Of a stretch of 64,000 nucleotides of DNA, positions 13,235-27,265 are shown one piece after another. The notes beneath the pieces are model-generated. The model was not told where the DNA came from. It worked only from the letters and a program-made list of their open reading frames with translations, and did not search any database. The stretch lies in the NCBI GenBank assembly GCA_028534125.1, contig CM052816.1, positions 66,838,001 to 66,902,000 of the forward strand, given 5' to 3'. This DNA comes from Lama glama (Eukaryota). The translations under genes were made by a program, and so were the position numbers. Within the stretch, counting starts at the first letter, position 1. Each line of letters opens with the position of its first letter.

Positions 13235-14190
13235 TTACTGCTCTTTTCGAGGCCACCAAAGGTCTTCATGTTGCTAAAACCAATCATCAGTCTCCATCTT
13301 CATCTTAATAGAATGTTCAGCCACAGTTGAACTAACTAGTTGATCACCACCTCCTCCTTTAAGTATTTTCTACATCTTGATTCTAGTACACCACATTCTC
13401 CTGATTTAAGCTGCAACTTCTCAGTCTCCTTTGCTGACTTCCCTTCTGCTTCCTGAACTCCAAAAGTTGGGGGTTCCAAGGCTTATTAGTCTTCTGACTT
13501 CCTCTCTCCGCCATCTATACTCACTTGCTGGTGACCTCATCCAGTCCCATCACCAAATATATATTGATAACTTTCAACTGTATGCCTTCAGCACCGATCT
13601 CTCCCTTAAATTCGAGAATTCTCTCTCTCTATTTGACATCTCTACTAGGATATCTACTGGGCTCATGAGAGTTAAATGTCCAAAACTGAACCCTTGAAAT
13701 GGTATATTGCTATCTCAGAAATGGTATAGCTAGTCACCAGCTCAAATTAAAAAAATCTGGTGGCCTTCAGCACCTCTAATGGACTCTACCTACCCACACA
13801 AACACCCCAAGCTGAAACTAACAATGTCTTAACAACCTGCACCACTGTCAACATAGGCTACGCCACCGCCATCTCTCCCTTGGAGCACAACAATCTTATC
13901 TGCTAGGTCTTCCTGTTTCTTACCATCGTTTATTCTTCACATAGCAAAGTGATTCTTTCAACTTCAACTCAGATCATTTCACTTATCTGCTTAAAACTAA
14001 ACTCTTATACTTTCCCATCACGCCTAGGGAAAACAAAAACAAAGGACAATTTTTACCACAGCCTGCAATGACCTGCATTGTCAAAACCCTGGCTTCCTCC
14101 CTGAGCTCATGAGCTGCCAATTCTTTCTTCAACCACTGAGATTCAGTAATATTGGCTGGCTTACTGCTTCTCAAATATGGAAGACGTATT
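13235..14190 (+). mobile_element. LINE L2 fragment (ORF2 end and 3' region)
   Basis: 'ccaaaggtcttcatgttgctaaaacc', 'gacctcatccagtcccat', 'atgtccaaaactgaac' and 'cagatcatttcacttatctgcttaaaac'. It is homologous to the L2 at 1240-3497. Confidence 0.8.
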
Positions 14191-15917
14191 CTTACTTTAC
14201 CTTAATAAGAAATTGCTATTGAAAATAGCTCAAATAGGCAGAGGGAGTGAAAATCATAAACCAAGAAAATAGGAGTACTCTCAGAATGAAGTGATAAAAA
14301 TCAACAGGCCTTAAGATAGCCACAGTTTTACACAAAATGAAACTATAGAGTTAAAATAAATAGGAGTAATTAGAACTGATGATTAGTTGGATATGAAAGG
14401 TAAAGCAAAGAAGGAACCAAAGGTGATTCTTGGGTTATGTGGTCACCTGGGATGGTGGCCATGTTCAGTTGCTTGGGACCAGCTAGGCTGAGTAGGAGCT
14501 AAGAGAACCCACTAGTCTAAGGAATGATAAGTAACCACACAGAAGTATAAATACTGGGAAAATAGTAACCTATTTTCAAATGGTTAAGCAGTTTTCAACA
14601 TTAAGAACTCAAGCTGCCTTCATTTGTTAGAATAGTAAATGGAATTTTTTAAAATCTCAAAACATCGTTTTTAATTTTGCTGAACAAAATTAAGCTAGAT
14701 TGAATTTAAAATAACAAAGGCAAGGAGACTGTGCCTCAGGTGTTTCCATTAGATATAGCTGCAGCTACGTGCATATTAATCTCTGGCAATTGAAGGAAGA
14801 TTCTAAAGATATAAGTATCTATTCCTGGCTTTACTATTCATATGGGGATGAAGATTAGTTAGTACCTAAATGAGCCACTTTTCTATTATGAGTCAGTGAT
14901 ATGATTGAGCAATGACTGAAAAATAAATGTTTATTAAAAGTCCAAAGTCATCATTTAGAAACTCTTCTGATGGGTTTGCAGTCTGAGTGTACTTTGATTT
15001 TAACAGAAGGTAAAAAATTAATCATGCAACTCAGAAAGGCTATGAACAACAGATGAAAATGTCACTTTCTACTAGTTGGAAGGGCATGGGTCCAGAAGAC
15101 CTAGCTGGTAATTGAAACAAGAGACTTTAGACTGTAGTCAAAGTTCTCATTCTGACTTGGGGAGGTGGTGAGGAAAAGCATGGTGGGGTTGGACAGTCTT
15201 GCTAGGCCCTCCTTTAGACTTCCCCTAAAACCACTTTCACCACTTTAGTCTTTCTTTCCTTTGACTATATCAATATCTAATAGACTGGATTTTCCCCAGT
15301 GAATCTATTTTCTTCCTTCTTGCCTCTACCAGCTCCACCTACAAAAAGAAAATACTGCATTTTTGAAATTTAGTGTGTTTTTTATGTTAATGTGAAATTT
15401 ATGCACAGTAAAATGCACACATGTAAAATGAAAGGTTCTTATAACTTTTTACACACCTATAACCAGTACCTAGATCAAGATAAAAAATATTTCTATCATA
15501 CCAGAATGTGTCCTCTTGCTGCTCCCATTAACAACTCCCTATTTCTGCATTAACTACTATTCTAACTTCTATTAGCATTGATTAGTTTTGCCTGATCCTA
15601 AAATGTATGTAAATAAAATAATACAGTATGTAATATTTTTTAGGTCTGCTTCTTTTGCTCAATGTAATGTTTTTAAGATTAATCCATGTTCTTAACTTGC
15701 ATCTGAATTTCATTCTTTCACTGCTGTCTTATAATTCATTGTAGAATTATACCACACTTTGTTTCTCCAGTTTTCTGTGATGGACAGTTGTGTTATTTCA
15801 GTTGTGGGAATAAAGCTGCTATGAACGTTTTTGTGTAAGTCTGTTTGAGAATGTTTGTCCTTATTTCCTTGAGGACCAGAATTTCTGCTTAGGTTAATTG
15901 TTTCACATGTGGACATC

Positions 15918-16424
15918 TGCATTAGTTTCCTATGGCTCTTACAACAAACCCACAAACATAGTGGCTAAAAATAACACAGACTTAAGAGTTGTGGAGGTCC
16001 AAAGTCTGAACTGGGTTTTACTGGATGAAAAAATCAAAGGGTCTACAGGGCTGTGTTTCTCCTCGAGATTCTAGTGTAGAATCTACTTTCTCACCTTTTC
16101 TGGCTTCTAGAAGCTGCACATATTCCTATGCTCCTGGTTTCAGTCTTCCATCTTCAAAGCCAGCAAGATCAAATGGAGCCCTCCTGAGGCTGCTTCTCTC
16201 TGCTTCCCTCTTTTGCCTCCCCCTTCCATTTTCAGGACCCCTGTGATTACATGGGGTCCCCCTGGAGAATCCACGCTCCTCTCCCTTGCTAATCATGCCA
16301 ACTGATTAACAACCTTAATTCAATCTGTAACTTTAATTGCCCTTTGCCATGAAGCCCAACATATTCACAGGTTCTGGGAATTAAAGTATGGACTTTTGTG
16401 AAGACCGTTACTCTACTTACCACA
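15918..16424 (-). mobile_element. MaLR LTR, MLT1D-like
   Basis: Starts 'tgcattagtttcctatggct', ends 'ctacttaccaca' and is about 505 bp. Internal 'tggcttctagaagctgc', 'ccatcttcaaagccagcaa' and 'ccttaattcaatctgtaactttaatt'. Confidence 0.85.
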
Positions 16425-16735
16425 TCTAATTGTTCCAGCACCAGTTGTGGAAAACTATCTTTTCTTCACTGCATTGTTGGCCATTCAGATATCTTCTTTT
16501 GTGAAATACCTGTTCAAATCTCTTCCTCATTTTTTCCCCTTATGATTGTTTTTTCCTTATTGATTTATAGGAGTTTTTAATGTATTCCATATACAAGTCT
16601 TTTATTAAGTATTCATATTGAAATACTTTCTTCCAGTCTGTGGCTTACCCTTTTACTTTCTTACTGATGTCTTCTGATGAGTAGAAGTTTTAATTTTGAT
16701 GAAGTCCAACTTATATTTTTTTCCTGTATGGTTAG

Positions 16736-16736
<1 letters not shown>

Positions 16737-16785
<49 letters not shown>

Positions 16786-16787
16786 GT
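16737..16787. repeat. (TG)n microsatellite with TA interruptions
   Basis: Direct read of a tgtgtg... run. Confidence 0.95.
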
Positions 16788-16854
16788 CTTGTTTAAAGAA
16801 TGCTTGCTTGCCTTCCTCAAGAACTTAAAGATATTGTTCTGTTTTCCTCTAGAG

Positions 16855-17176
16855 AAGTATTGTTCAACAGAAACATAAAGTGAATCACAAACATGAGCTA
16901 CATACGTGATTTTAAATGCTCCAATAGTCACATTAAAGGTAAAAAGAAACAGATGAATTAATTTGAATAACTTTGTTTAACCCAACATATCAAAATATTA
17001 TTTCAAAATCTAGTCAATATAAACATTCTTAATGAGCTAGTTTACATTCTTTTTTGTAGTAAGTCTTTGAAAGCTATGTATATTTTACACTTATAGCACA
17101 TCTCAATTTGGACTAGCTACATTTTAAGTGTTCAGTAGCTACATGTGGTTAGTGGCTGCAGTGTTAGACAGCATAA
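16855..17176 (+). mobile_element. MER33 (hAT-Charlie)
   Basis: 'ttttacacttatagcacatctcaatttggactagctacattttaagtgttcagtagctacatgtggttagtggct', preceded by the Charlie-type target ctctagag. Confidence 0.85.
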
Positions 17177-18049
17177 TTAGAAGCTTGCTTGTTTTAGCTT
17201 TTAAATCAAGGTCTATGATCCACCTTAAAATAAGTTTTATATATGCTGTGAGAGGGGCCAGAGTTCATTTTTTAACGTAGATACTCAGTTGTTCTAACAC
17301 TGTTTATTGTAAAGATCTTCCTCATTAAATTACACTGGCTCCTTTCTTAAAAATCAAGTCATTGTAGATGCTGTGGCCTCTATTTCACTCCTTTGATCAA
17401 TTTATCTTTCCATATGGTAACGTAAGATTCTTCTCAGCTACTGCAGATTAGAGTAAATCTTAAAATCTGTTAGTGTAAATCCTTCAGTTTCATTCTTCTT
17501 CAAGTTTGCCTTACTGGCCTATGTCTTTTGCATTTTCATAAACAATTTAGAATCAGCCTGTCAATTTTTACACAAAACCTTCTCAGATTTTCATTGGCAG
17601 GGAACATTATTCTTTGAATTCTGATAATCAGCAATTTATTACTATCATGAATTAGTAATGAATTAATATTATCATGGTTAGCAAACTAGTTGTATTTCAC
17701 TCCAAATGTCTAAGGATTAAGGAGCTACTTTAGAAAGAAAGGGGCAACTTGAACACCCTCCACCAGTCAAAAACACATGTAGTTCCAGGAATCAAAGGCT
17801 TTTTGAATGAGTGATCTTAACCAGCTATACACTTGTGACCTCTAATGTTGGAAGAGAACACATGGAGATGATCATTGTCAAAGCAAGCGAGGGTAAGGAT
17901 GGAGAAAAACTCAAAAGAAAGCTGATGTATACCAGATTACAGCAGTCTTTCAAAACAGTTTTTCAAGAAACTTACATTTTTTTCTTAATTTTCAGAAGAG
18001 CCACAAGATAATGTTCTATAATAAATACTAACACAAACATTTCCTCCTA

Positions 18050-18115
18050 TGTTTATGTTTATATATGTATGAATATGTGTACATATACATGTATGCATAT
18101 GTATATGTGTACATA
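18050..18115. repeat. Degenerate (TATG/TA)n simple repeat
   Basis: Alternating purine-pyrimidine tatatgtatg... tract. Confidence 0.7.
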
Positions 18116-18807
18116 ACACCAATTAGCTTAATTCATTTTCTTACCATAGATACTTCATCACCATAGATACTCAGTTTTTAAAGATGATATGTGAAACATA
18201 ATAGATTACAGAAATTGTCGTTAAAGAAAATAAGTGAAAGAACTGAAAATAGTTCCTGTAGCATAGTAAACTATTGCAGTAAAACCTAGTTTATTCTCTA
18301 TGCTGTCAAATAACACTTTTTAATTCACTAATAGTCCTACATATTTAGAGAACAATGATAATTCAAAATCATATTGATCTTGAGAGAATAAAGGATTCTT
18401 TTATGTGTACATTTATTCACTCAACACTTATTAAAGATCTCCTAAGGGTCAGGCACTTTGCTTGGCTGACTTTTTTTCTAAGAAACTGGATATCAGGGGA
18501 AGATTCTGATTAATTCAATGTTCAGCATATATGAATTCATTTTCCTTGAAAATTGATAACCTAAGAATGTTGTGAATTAATGTTCTGATACAGATTCCTC
18601 TAATAACTGCTTAGGTCAATCCCTCTTTGTGGAAGTGAAGGACTTGTTAAGAATTTGCAGACTGTCTCTACACCTTTGGAAGGCAGGAGTTGAGAATAAG
18701 AGGGGAAAAAATCACCTCCCATATCTACTTTCTGATTCTGAGTTAGTTCCAAATCTGAAGTAAAGTCCTGAAGGCCATCCTGGAAGGGCATGTGGCTCTC
18801 CAAAAAT

Positions 18808-18955
18808 CATGCTTCTCAAACTTTGATACACCTAAACATTATCAAAAGATGTTTGTTCAAAAGTCTATTCTTGTCCCACTTCCAGAAATTCCAACTCATT
18901 AAGTCTCAGGTGGGACCAGAGAATCTGAACCTTTAATAAGTGCTGCTTATGATTC
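18808..18955. mobile_element. MER5A-like hAT MITE
   Basis: 'gcttctcaaacttt...cccacttccagaaattccaactcattaagtctcaggtgggaccagagaatctgaacctttaataag'. Confidence 0.6.
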
Positions 18956-21034
18956 TTTCCCCCAAATTATATATCTGCATTGGTTATTGACTGTGACCAA
19001 GACATGGAGGAACTGGGCCAGGCCAATGGAGCCACTGGAGTATGACATAGTCCCTCATGTCATGGAGCTTATTTCTAGGAGAGGAGACAGGGCAGAGAGA
19101 AAGGGTAGGCACAACCTTCATTGGATTGAGACCCCAGGCTGCTTCAGGGGCTCTGTGCTGGGGGTCCTTATACACACAGAGCTGCTAACAAACAGACAGC
19201 AGGCAGAGATGCCTAAACCAAGGGGCTGGAGCAGGCAGTGAGGGCTGAATCCCAGGAAGGGGAGCAGGTGAGCTCAGAGGGACAGAGGCAGTAAAAAAGC
19301 ATTTCCTGTAGGAGATGGGCTGGGAACCAGCTCCAGATGAATTGTGGGATGGAAAGAATGGACCATCAAGTCAAATTTTACAACATAATTCTGCTTCTCT
19401 TTCCCTTCTGCTTACCCCACAATTTCCTTTCCCAGCGATGGAACTCTTAGGAATGACTTGCTCTGCCCCATTGCTTCTGGTGATTTGAAAAGAGTTTAAG
19501 AAATTTTGCTGTTAAGTTTTGAGTCAGTGGGCAAGGTGACCATTTTCCTCAGGCATCACAAATGGCTTCCCTTGAAATTTTTCCAAAGTTTTCTGCTTTT
19601 TGTTGGTTCGTTTGTTTTTCTGAGGGAGGCATCGTAGGGAATTTTCAGTATTGTGCCCTGTGAGCCACCAACTTGGAAAGAGAATGCAAAGCAGGGATGC
19701 TCCCTTCCTATGGCTGCAAGAACATAAACAGCCAGTACTTTTCCAAATAGAAGCCGTCTTAGCCTCAGGAATAGAGCGAACTATTCTTTGTTGTGGCCTT
19801 TGCTTGCAGAGAGAGAATCATGCTCTTGAGAAAAATTTCAATTGTGAATCCCCACAATTGACAATAGAAGGTATGTGAAACAGCCCAGCCGAGTGAAAGC
19901 AACACACTTACACAAATAGTGAAAGTTGCATTGACAAAATCAGTCATACCTTCCTGACTTAGCCTGTGAAATAGCTCCCAGGTAAAAGTATTTGTCCTTA
20001 TAGACTGTATTAAATAATAATAAATAACAGGCACTCGCAGAGTACTGTTTATTTCCAACCTATTTTGGGGAAACCATAACTCAGGTACCTCTGGGCTGAT
20101 AGGAGATCACCTTTCAGCACTGCCTGGAGCCACAGCTCAATGACAGTTTCGGGTGTACACAGGGACAACAGTGTGGCCCACGTGGAACTTCCAGTATATC
20201 TTAAGGAAGAGCATCTAATAAATTTACTGGCATTTTACTGAGGCTGTCAATTCTCCTGATCGTTCAATAACCTGGACATTTGCCTTCTTTTCCTCCTTCC
20301 TCTATAAACAGTTGGGATGAGAACATTTTTTTTAATGCCTTTTCAGCTTCAAAATGAAATGCAGTGTTTTAAAGTATACGCAAGGGGTTAAATTTGAGGA
20401 GTTGGGCTAGTTCCTAGCTCCTAATTCCTTCACCTCCTCCAATCTGAGGTCCACAAGTGAAAATTTTTTCTTTTAAAATCTTTTTAATATGATGTGACGG
20501 TCAGAAATGAGCCTGTAGTCATATAAGAAGCTGATTAAAATGTGAAAGAGACTGACAGCTTCAAGCCACCTTCCCTGTGCTCTCTGCCATCTGGGGAAGC
20601 TTAGAAGACACTGAGAAGCATGGCAAACAGTGGTCCATAAAGATGCTCTGATTCATCCCTGCCCACCCGGAGCTGCAACTTTAAAACTGATGTACAGTAT
20701 AGAGCATAGCAAACCAAAAGGAGAACAGAGTTCCATTAGGTATCACTAAATGGCCTGTCAACTGTCCTGGCATCCATAACTCAGCTCTTCCATGGATCTT
20801 ACTTTTCTCTTATGTCACATGTGTAACATCCTATACACTTAACAACAGTCCTGAACCAGAATGCCTCCAACGTACTTCCCATCCATAGCATCGTTACAAT
20901 GATAATGAAGATGACAATCTGACAATTTGTAATTTCACCTCAGTTACCTCACAGCAAAGAAAAAGTAAATTAATCATCCATCACATCTGATGTTCTATTT
21001 TTATGGTGCACCTAAGAAATGCAGAGACTATGAA

Positions 21035-21172
21035 GTGTAATTTTAAGTCAGTTGACTGGAGATGTTAATCACATCTACCAAATGTCTTCATGGCAACATC
21101 TAGACTAGTGTTTGACCAAATAACTGGGCAGAACAGCCTAGCTAGTTGACACAGAAAATATAAGCATCACAG
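21035..21172 (-). mobile_element. ERVL LTR fragment, MLT2D-like 5' end
   Basis: 'ttaatcacatctaccaaatgtcttcatggcaacatctagactagtgtttgaccaaataactggg...cctagctagttgacaca...catcaca'. Confidence 0.75.
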
Positions 21173-21184
21173 ACCTGTTGGGAA

Positions 21185-21570
21185 TGCCCAAGTAGACTTC
21201 AGACACTCATTCTGTACAGCCTCCTCATGTCTGGTTCCCCTCTGCACAGCCGCCGCATCTCAAGCCCCTGTCCCTCAGTTTCCTGCCACTTTGGCAGCCC
21301 CTCTTTCCAGTACCTGCCTCTGCTCAGTACGGCTTCTATGGTCTGCTTGGTCTTGATCGCTCAGTCCTATGGTTGGAAAGTTCCCTAGGCAGATAGTTGG
21401 AATAAATGTAGGAATCACCTCGTTTGTTGTCCCTTTCTCAGGGATTACAGACATGTTCCAAACATCATCCAGTGCCTAAAAACAATTGCTCATGTGTTGT
21501 GTCTGGTGATATAGTTGTTTATAGTGGGAGAGCAAGTCCTATGCATTATTCTGCAATGGTCTGAAGCAGC
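21185..21570 (-). mobile_element. Old L1 (L1ME-group) 5' end fragment
   Basis: 'cacctcgtttgttgtccctttctcagggattacag...tccagtgcctaaaaacaattgct...agttgtttatagtgggagagcaagtcc' resembles antisense L1ME 5'UTR consensus. Confidence 0.6.
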
Positions 21571-22021
21571 ACTCAAAAATCATGTAACTAGTTCTTAATT
21601 ATGTATGTGGCTAATGCTCTAATACCTCCTTTGGAATAAAGCATAAATTATATTGTGGTGGTTTTCTGTTATATATGTTTTAATAAAATATATTACCAAA
21701 AGTAAAAAAATAAAAATAAAATGAATAAAAATATATTCATCATTTTAAAACATTCCATTTTATCTGACATTTTCAATTTATGGAGAAGGCCTAACTGGTT
21801 TGAATATAGGAGCTTCTACTATAATTGTCCCAACATAGCACAAATGCAATGGAATTGCTGAAAGTTCAGGGAGTATTCAGTATTACAGGTCTTCTTATAA
21901 ATGGTTATAGAAAGAATGAAAATAGAAAAATAATATTATTAAGAAAATAACCAATAATAAGAATTTGTGCTGCATAAAACATTGTGTTAGCAGCTATGGG
22001 TAATATCACATCTCCAAAATT

Positions 22022-23425
22022 TATAGTGTTTCAACAAATGATGTTGGAACAACTGAACATCCACAAGCAAAAGAATTAATGTAGACACCGACCTTATTTT
22101 TTCACAAAAATTAACTCCAAATGGATCATAGAACTAAATATAAACACAAAACTCTAAAACTTTTAGAAGGTAACATGGGAGAAAACCTAGATGATCTTGA
22201 GTATGACAATTACTTTTTATACATAACACCAAAGGCATGATACATGATATAAATAATTGATAAGCTAGACCTATTAAAATTAAAAACTGCTCTGTGAAAG
22301 ACAATGTCAAGGGAATAAGACAAGCTACACACTGGGAGAAAGGACACAGGTAATAAACACTGTAAGTGAAAATATACAAAGAACTCTTAAAACTCAACAC
22401 TAAGAATATATCCTGATTTCAAAAATGTACCAAAGATTTTTAACAAACACCTCACCAAAGAATATATACAGATGGCAAAAAACTACATGGAAAGATGCGT
22501 GACATCATATGTCATTAGGAAAATGCAAATTGAAACCAACTGCAATGAAATACCATTTCATACCTATTAGAATGGCCAACATCTGAAACACTGAAAATAC
22601 CAAACAGTGGTGATGATGTAGAGCAATAGGGACTCTCATTTATTGCTTGTGGGAATACAAAATGGTACAGCCACCTTGGAGGAATGGTATAGCCACTTTG
22701 GAAGTTTAGCAATTTCTTACAAAACTAAACATATCTTACCATATATGATCCAGCAGTTGTGCTCTTTGGTATTTACTCAAAGGAGCTAAAAACTTATGTC
22801 CACACAAAAACTAGTACCCAGGTTTTTATAGAAGCTTTATTTATAGTTCCCCAAACTTGGAAGCAACCAAGATGACTGTCAGTAAATGAATGGATAAATA
22901 AACTTTGGTACAACCAGATAATGGAATACTATTCAGCACTAAAAATAAATGAACTGTCAAGTTATGAAAAGACAAAGCGAAATCTGAAATCTATGTTACT
23001 GAGTGAAAGAAGTTATTCTGAAAATGCTGCATGTTGTATGATTCCAACTATATGACATTCGGAAGAGGCAAACTGTGGAGACAGTAAAAAGATCACTGGT
23101 TAGCAGGGCTTGGGGGTGAGGGGGGATTTTTAGGACAGTAAAAATACTCTGTATAATACTATAATGATGGAAATATGTCAGTATACATTTGTCCAAATCC
23201 ATAGAATGTACACCAACAAGAGTGAACCCGAAGGTAAACTATGGACTTGGGGTGATTATGGTGTGTCAATATCGATTCATCAATTGCAATAAATGTGCAA
23301 TTCTGGTGGGGGATGTTGATAATGGGGGAGGCTATGCATGTGTCAGAGCAGGAGGTATTTGAGAAACATCTGTACCTTCTTCTTAATTTTGCTGTGAACC
23401 TAAAACTGCTCTGAGAAAGAGTTTA
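22022..23425 (+). mobile_element. L1MC (L1MC1/2-like) ORF2 end and 3'UTR
   Basis: 'ttcaacaaatgatgttggaacaactg', 'aacttggaagcaaccaagatg', 'gtatgattccaactatatgacattc' and terminal 'ttttgctgtgaacctaaaactgctct'. Confidence 0.9.
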
Positions 23426-25520
23426 CAGTGTAAGAGAGGAGCCAGGAAATTCAACTGTACTAAGTGCTATACTCAATTTTATAAGACATTGTCCATCCAG
23501 CAAACAGTGTGTTCTTGTGCTTTTAGAACACCCAAATGTCTTAGGAACATAATGCTTGTTCACAGGAGCAGACAGGTATCATTTTTCATCAAAATTCAGA
23601 CAGGTTGCATGAGTTTACATTTTAGCAAGTATTTGAATAAGAGAGAATTAAGCAAATCATGGAAATGATTGGTCTAAGTGTGGCAAAATTAATATTTATT
23701 TATTTAAACTCTTCAAATTGTTCAACTATGAGTCTTTCCAGTTTCTCTTTGAAGGAGTACCATAGCACCCTTTACACTAATATTTAAATAAATTCTATAA
23801 AATCAAGCAGGACATGAATTAAAAGGAAAGTGAAAAAGCAGGGGATAGGGAGGGAAGCTGTATCTTAAAGATCTAAGCAGACATGTTATTTTGATTTGTC
23901 ACGAACTTTACTGATTTATTAATTTATTAGCAAATCTTTATTAAGTCCTTCATGTTTGGCAGAAACAGGATAGTGGATTGTTGATACAATGGTGACAAAG
24001 CATATATGGTCAGTTGGATGAGAAAGGACATCTAGGGCCTAGAACTAGTCATCCCATCACCTGCATTGCAGTTGAGCCAGAAAAACCTTCAGAGCCAGGC
24101 TGTCTGGGTTGTCTCTGGATGCAGTGGGAGAAAGGGCAATTTCTAGTCTCTGGAGATCCAAAATATCCCATAGAATCCCATCTTAAAAACATACAGAATA
24201 AAAGCTGAATTCCAGTTATCACCTGGGTGGAGAGCTAAGAAAATCAATCTAGCAGTTGAGTGAGATGGAAGGGCAGAAGTTGAGGAATGGCAATGCAAGG
24301 AGGAAAAGTAGAACTGTTTCAGAATCTTGGTATAGATAGTGTTAATAAGGCTCATTTGCTCTCCTTTGCTAGGCTCAGCTTATGTTCTTAAAAATAGCCA
24401 AACAAGCCAATGAAAGGGAGAAACTTACAAGAAAAAGTCTTGGTCCTACTGCTACAAGGACCTTCAGTCTGGTAGGCAAAACGCCACATCCAGAGCCACA
24501 ATATCCAAAATACCACAGCTGACAGGTAGTGGTCTAGAACCACCATCTTATCAAGGATTTGTAAACCAGAGCAGAGGAATTTTCCAAAATGCAGCTGGGG
24601 ATTGTTGACAAAGACTCCAGAATCCAGTAGTAATTAGAGTCATAGGCCTTCACTACTAAGAACATCTCTCTTCAGAGAGCAAGACCCCAGACAAGAGTGA
24701 ATTTTCAGGAGAAGACTTTAGGCATTGAGGGGATTTCTGTGGTGGATTCAGTTTCATGACTAACACTCAAACATAAGAACAAGAAAAGAATGTTGTTATA
24801 AGAATTGGACAAGATGATATCAAAGGTGTAATAAGCGGTCAGAATCCCAGCTTGCAGAACCAGGCTTCAAGGTCAAAGGTAGGTCTCTGAGCTCCAGGCA
24901 GGTATATACCTCTAGCTATAGGTCAGAATGTGTACTAGAAGCAGGGAGATGGTCAAGCTGGCAAATGGTCAAAATCAGGGACAAGAAATCAGGCTGGGCC
25001 CATCAAAGGACTCTTCACCAACTTGGAATTGACTGTTTATAGTAACTATCAGATTAGTTGACTTAAACATTAATCAATTTTATCAGAATACCTTTGTTCC
25101 ATACCACTAAGGCTTTGATCCTTAGAATACACCCAACAGTATAAATTTCAAACATGGCCATGTATTTAAGGGTGATTTTCCAATGAATGATTTTCAGATT
25201 TGTGATTCGATATATACTACAATAGATCATTAGCTTATATCAACCATGAAGATAAAATTTAGTTCATCATTTTTGGCTCTACTGTCTTAAAGTCCATAGA
25301 GAAGATAGTAAAAATTTCCCTAAATGAGAACAAAGGGTGTATTAACTGACATCAGAAGCTTGTGTGCCTCTATTCTGCCCAGCGTAAATTCTCTTGTTAT
25401 AATATCATCTCCATTTATCCCTACTTATCCTACCTCCATCTATTGAATACAAGTAAGTGCTTTCTCCTTTCTGCTTTCTCTAAAATCCTGTACACCTAGA
25501 TTAGAGCAAATATTAGATAT

Positions 25521-25521
<1 letters not shown>

Positions 25522-25563
<42 letters not shown>
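25522..25563. repeat. Perfect (ATC)14 microsatellite
   Basis: Direct count of 14 ATC units, lying within a decayed L2 tail (~25470-25700). Confidence 0.97.
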
Positions 25564-25564
<1 letters not shown>

Positions 25565-27265
25565 GTGTTATTATGTCAAGTTCTCTAGAATGGAGTTCTT
25601 GAAAGGAGAGACTTGATCATATTTTTGCATCCCCAGGTCTTAACATTGTGTCACACACACAGTAATTATGCAAGAATGTCAATAAATCAGTGACTTAATA
25701 AGTAAATATTTATTTTTTCCTTAAATTTTCTAAAGAACTGTATTATACTGTTGAATAAAAAGTAGAGTATGAACTTATGTTTTCTTTGAGCATTTTGTTG
25801 CCTTTGAATAGTTTCCTTCACTCACTGTATCCCTTCTTATCACCAAGGACTCAGGGGAAATATCATTTTTTGGAGAACAGACAACTGACACGTTATTTCC
25901 CTGCAAAGGAAGAAACTTGTTTAAATCTGCAAGAGTTTTACTCTGTACCTTTGATGTGAAAGTTGTACCAGCTATTTCTGGGAGAGCTGGCTATGTTATA
26001 TAAGAATATAAAGACATGAAGAAAGGCTGCGTCTCAACTTTTGCAATCTACAGATTTCAGCTTCAAAGCAAAAACGACAGATTAATTTCTCAAGTCTTGA
26101 GTTTTACTTGGAAGAAAAATAACATTCAGCTCTTATTTGCATCTGATGGCTTCGTTTTATAAATGGCAAAGCTGTAAGCTTGTGCACAGAATTCCGTCTG
26201 GGCCTGGCATCTGTGCTCATGCTGCACCCTAAAAGGGGTGAAGAGCTTTCCACCTATATCTGCTTTTTGAAAGGTGTCACTCTGAAATGTGTCACTGCCT
26301 GCTAGCATGTGAATAAATCCTCAGCCAGAACCCTGTAATCCTTTGTTGTTTGGGACACCTCACCCTCTAGTAATTGCAATCTTTGTAATGCTAGTCTCTC
26401 TTCTGCATAAGGTCATAGCTCAGAATGATCCACCTCTTCCTTGACAGCTCCTGACTTGTTCCTTTCCTTAGCACCAGGTAGCTATATTCTTCTTTATCTT
26501 ACTGTATTTCATTCTTGCATTCCCTTGTCCTTTCCTGAGCATAACTGGGAGCAAAGTGGATATAAGGCAATATTGACAGGTGAGAAATCATGCTATCATC
26601 TCCCTCCGGAATTATACTTTTGAAACCTGAAAGGTTAAGATTAGGGAAACCAGTCATTCCAAATGACATCTTATATAAAAGACACATCTAATTTTATCGC
26701 GCTGCTAAATCTTTTATGCAGATGATTAAATCTGTGAATTTTTCCACTGAAGAATACACATTATAACCAGTCACTTTCATCTAAATTTCTTCAAATTATG
26801 TACATTTCATATAGTATATACGCACATATATATAGCAGATATCAGAATATACAAATATATAGTCATTATGTGGATTCTTCAGCCATCCTTGGCAGACCTC
26901 TTACTCTACAAGCCGTATCATTTCTGCTTTAGAATGGGCAAATTGAACTCAAGCTCTGACCTACAACCAGTCATGGACAACTTATTTACTTCTTTTCATC
27001 ATTCTATAAATCCATGAAAAACAAGTAAACTGATTAAGAAGAAAGGAAACTTTTTCTTACAAATTGTTTTTATGGTTTAAGTGGCTATTCTAACCTAATT
27101 AATTCATCCTTCAAAAAACTCAGTGGGGTTCATAGGGGAGCTACAGTATAATTAAATTCAGGAAATGTACCACAGGTTAAAGAAACTGTTATGGCAGCAA
27201 GTAGCTACAGAATTAGGATGAAAACTAAAGTTTCTTTATCCTCAAGCCTGGGCCCTTTGGCTAAA

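Larger units (their letters stand above)
15375..17600 (-). mobile_element. Old L1M (L1ME/L1MD-like) fragment, interrupted by MLT1D, (TG)n and MER33
   Basis: Antisense L1 3' hallmarks ('aataaagctgctatgaacgtttttgt', 'ttggccattcagatatcttcttttgtgaaatacctgttcaaatc', 'aagttttaattttgatgaagtccaactt', 'aatttagaatcagcctgtcaattt') are collinear across the insertions. Confidence 0.75.

Noticed and set aside
16653..16931. ORFs with HT/VC repeats (also 60052-60243)
   Set aside because: They are translations of (TG)/(CA) microsatellites.
20584..20597. CTCF-like motif (minus strand TCCCCAGATGGCAG)
   Set aside because: It is a partial match of the kind expected by chance in 64 kb and cannot be supported without ChIP data.
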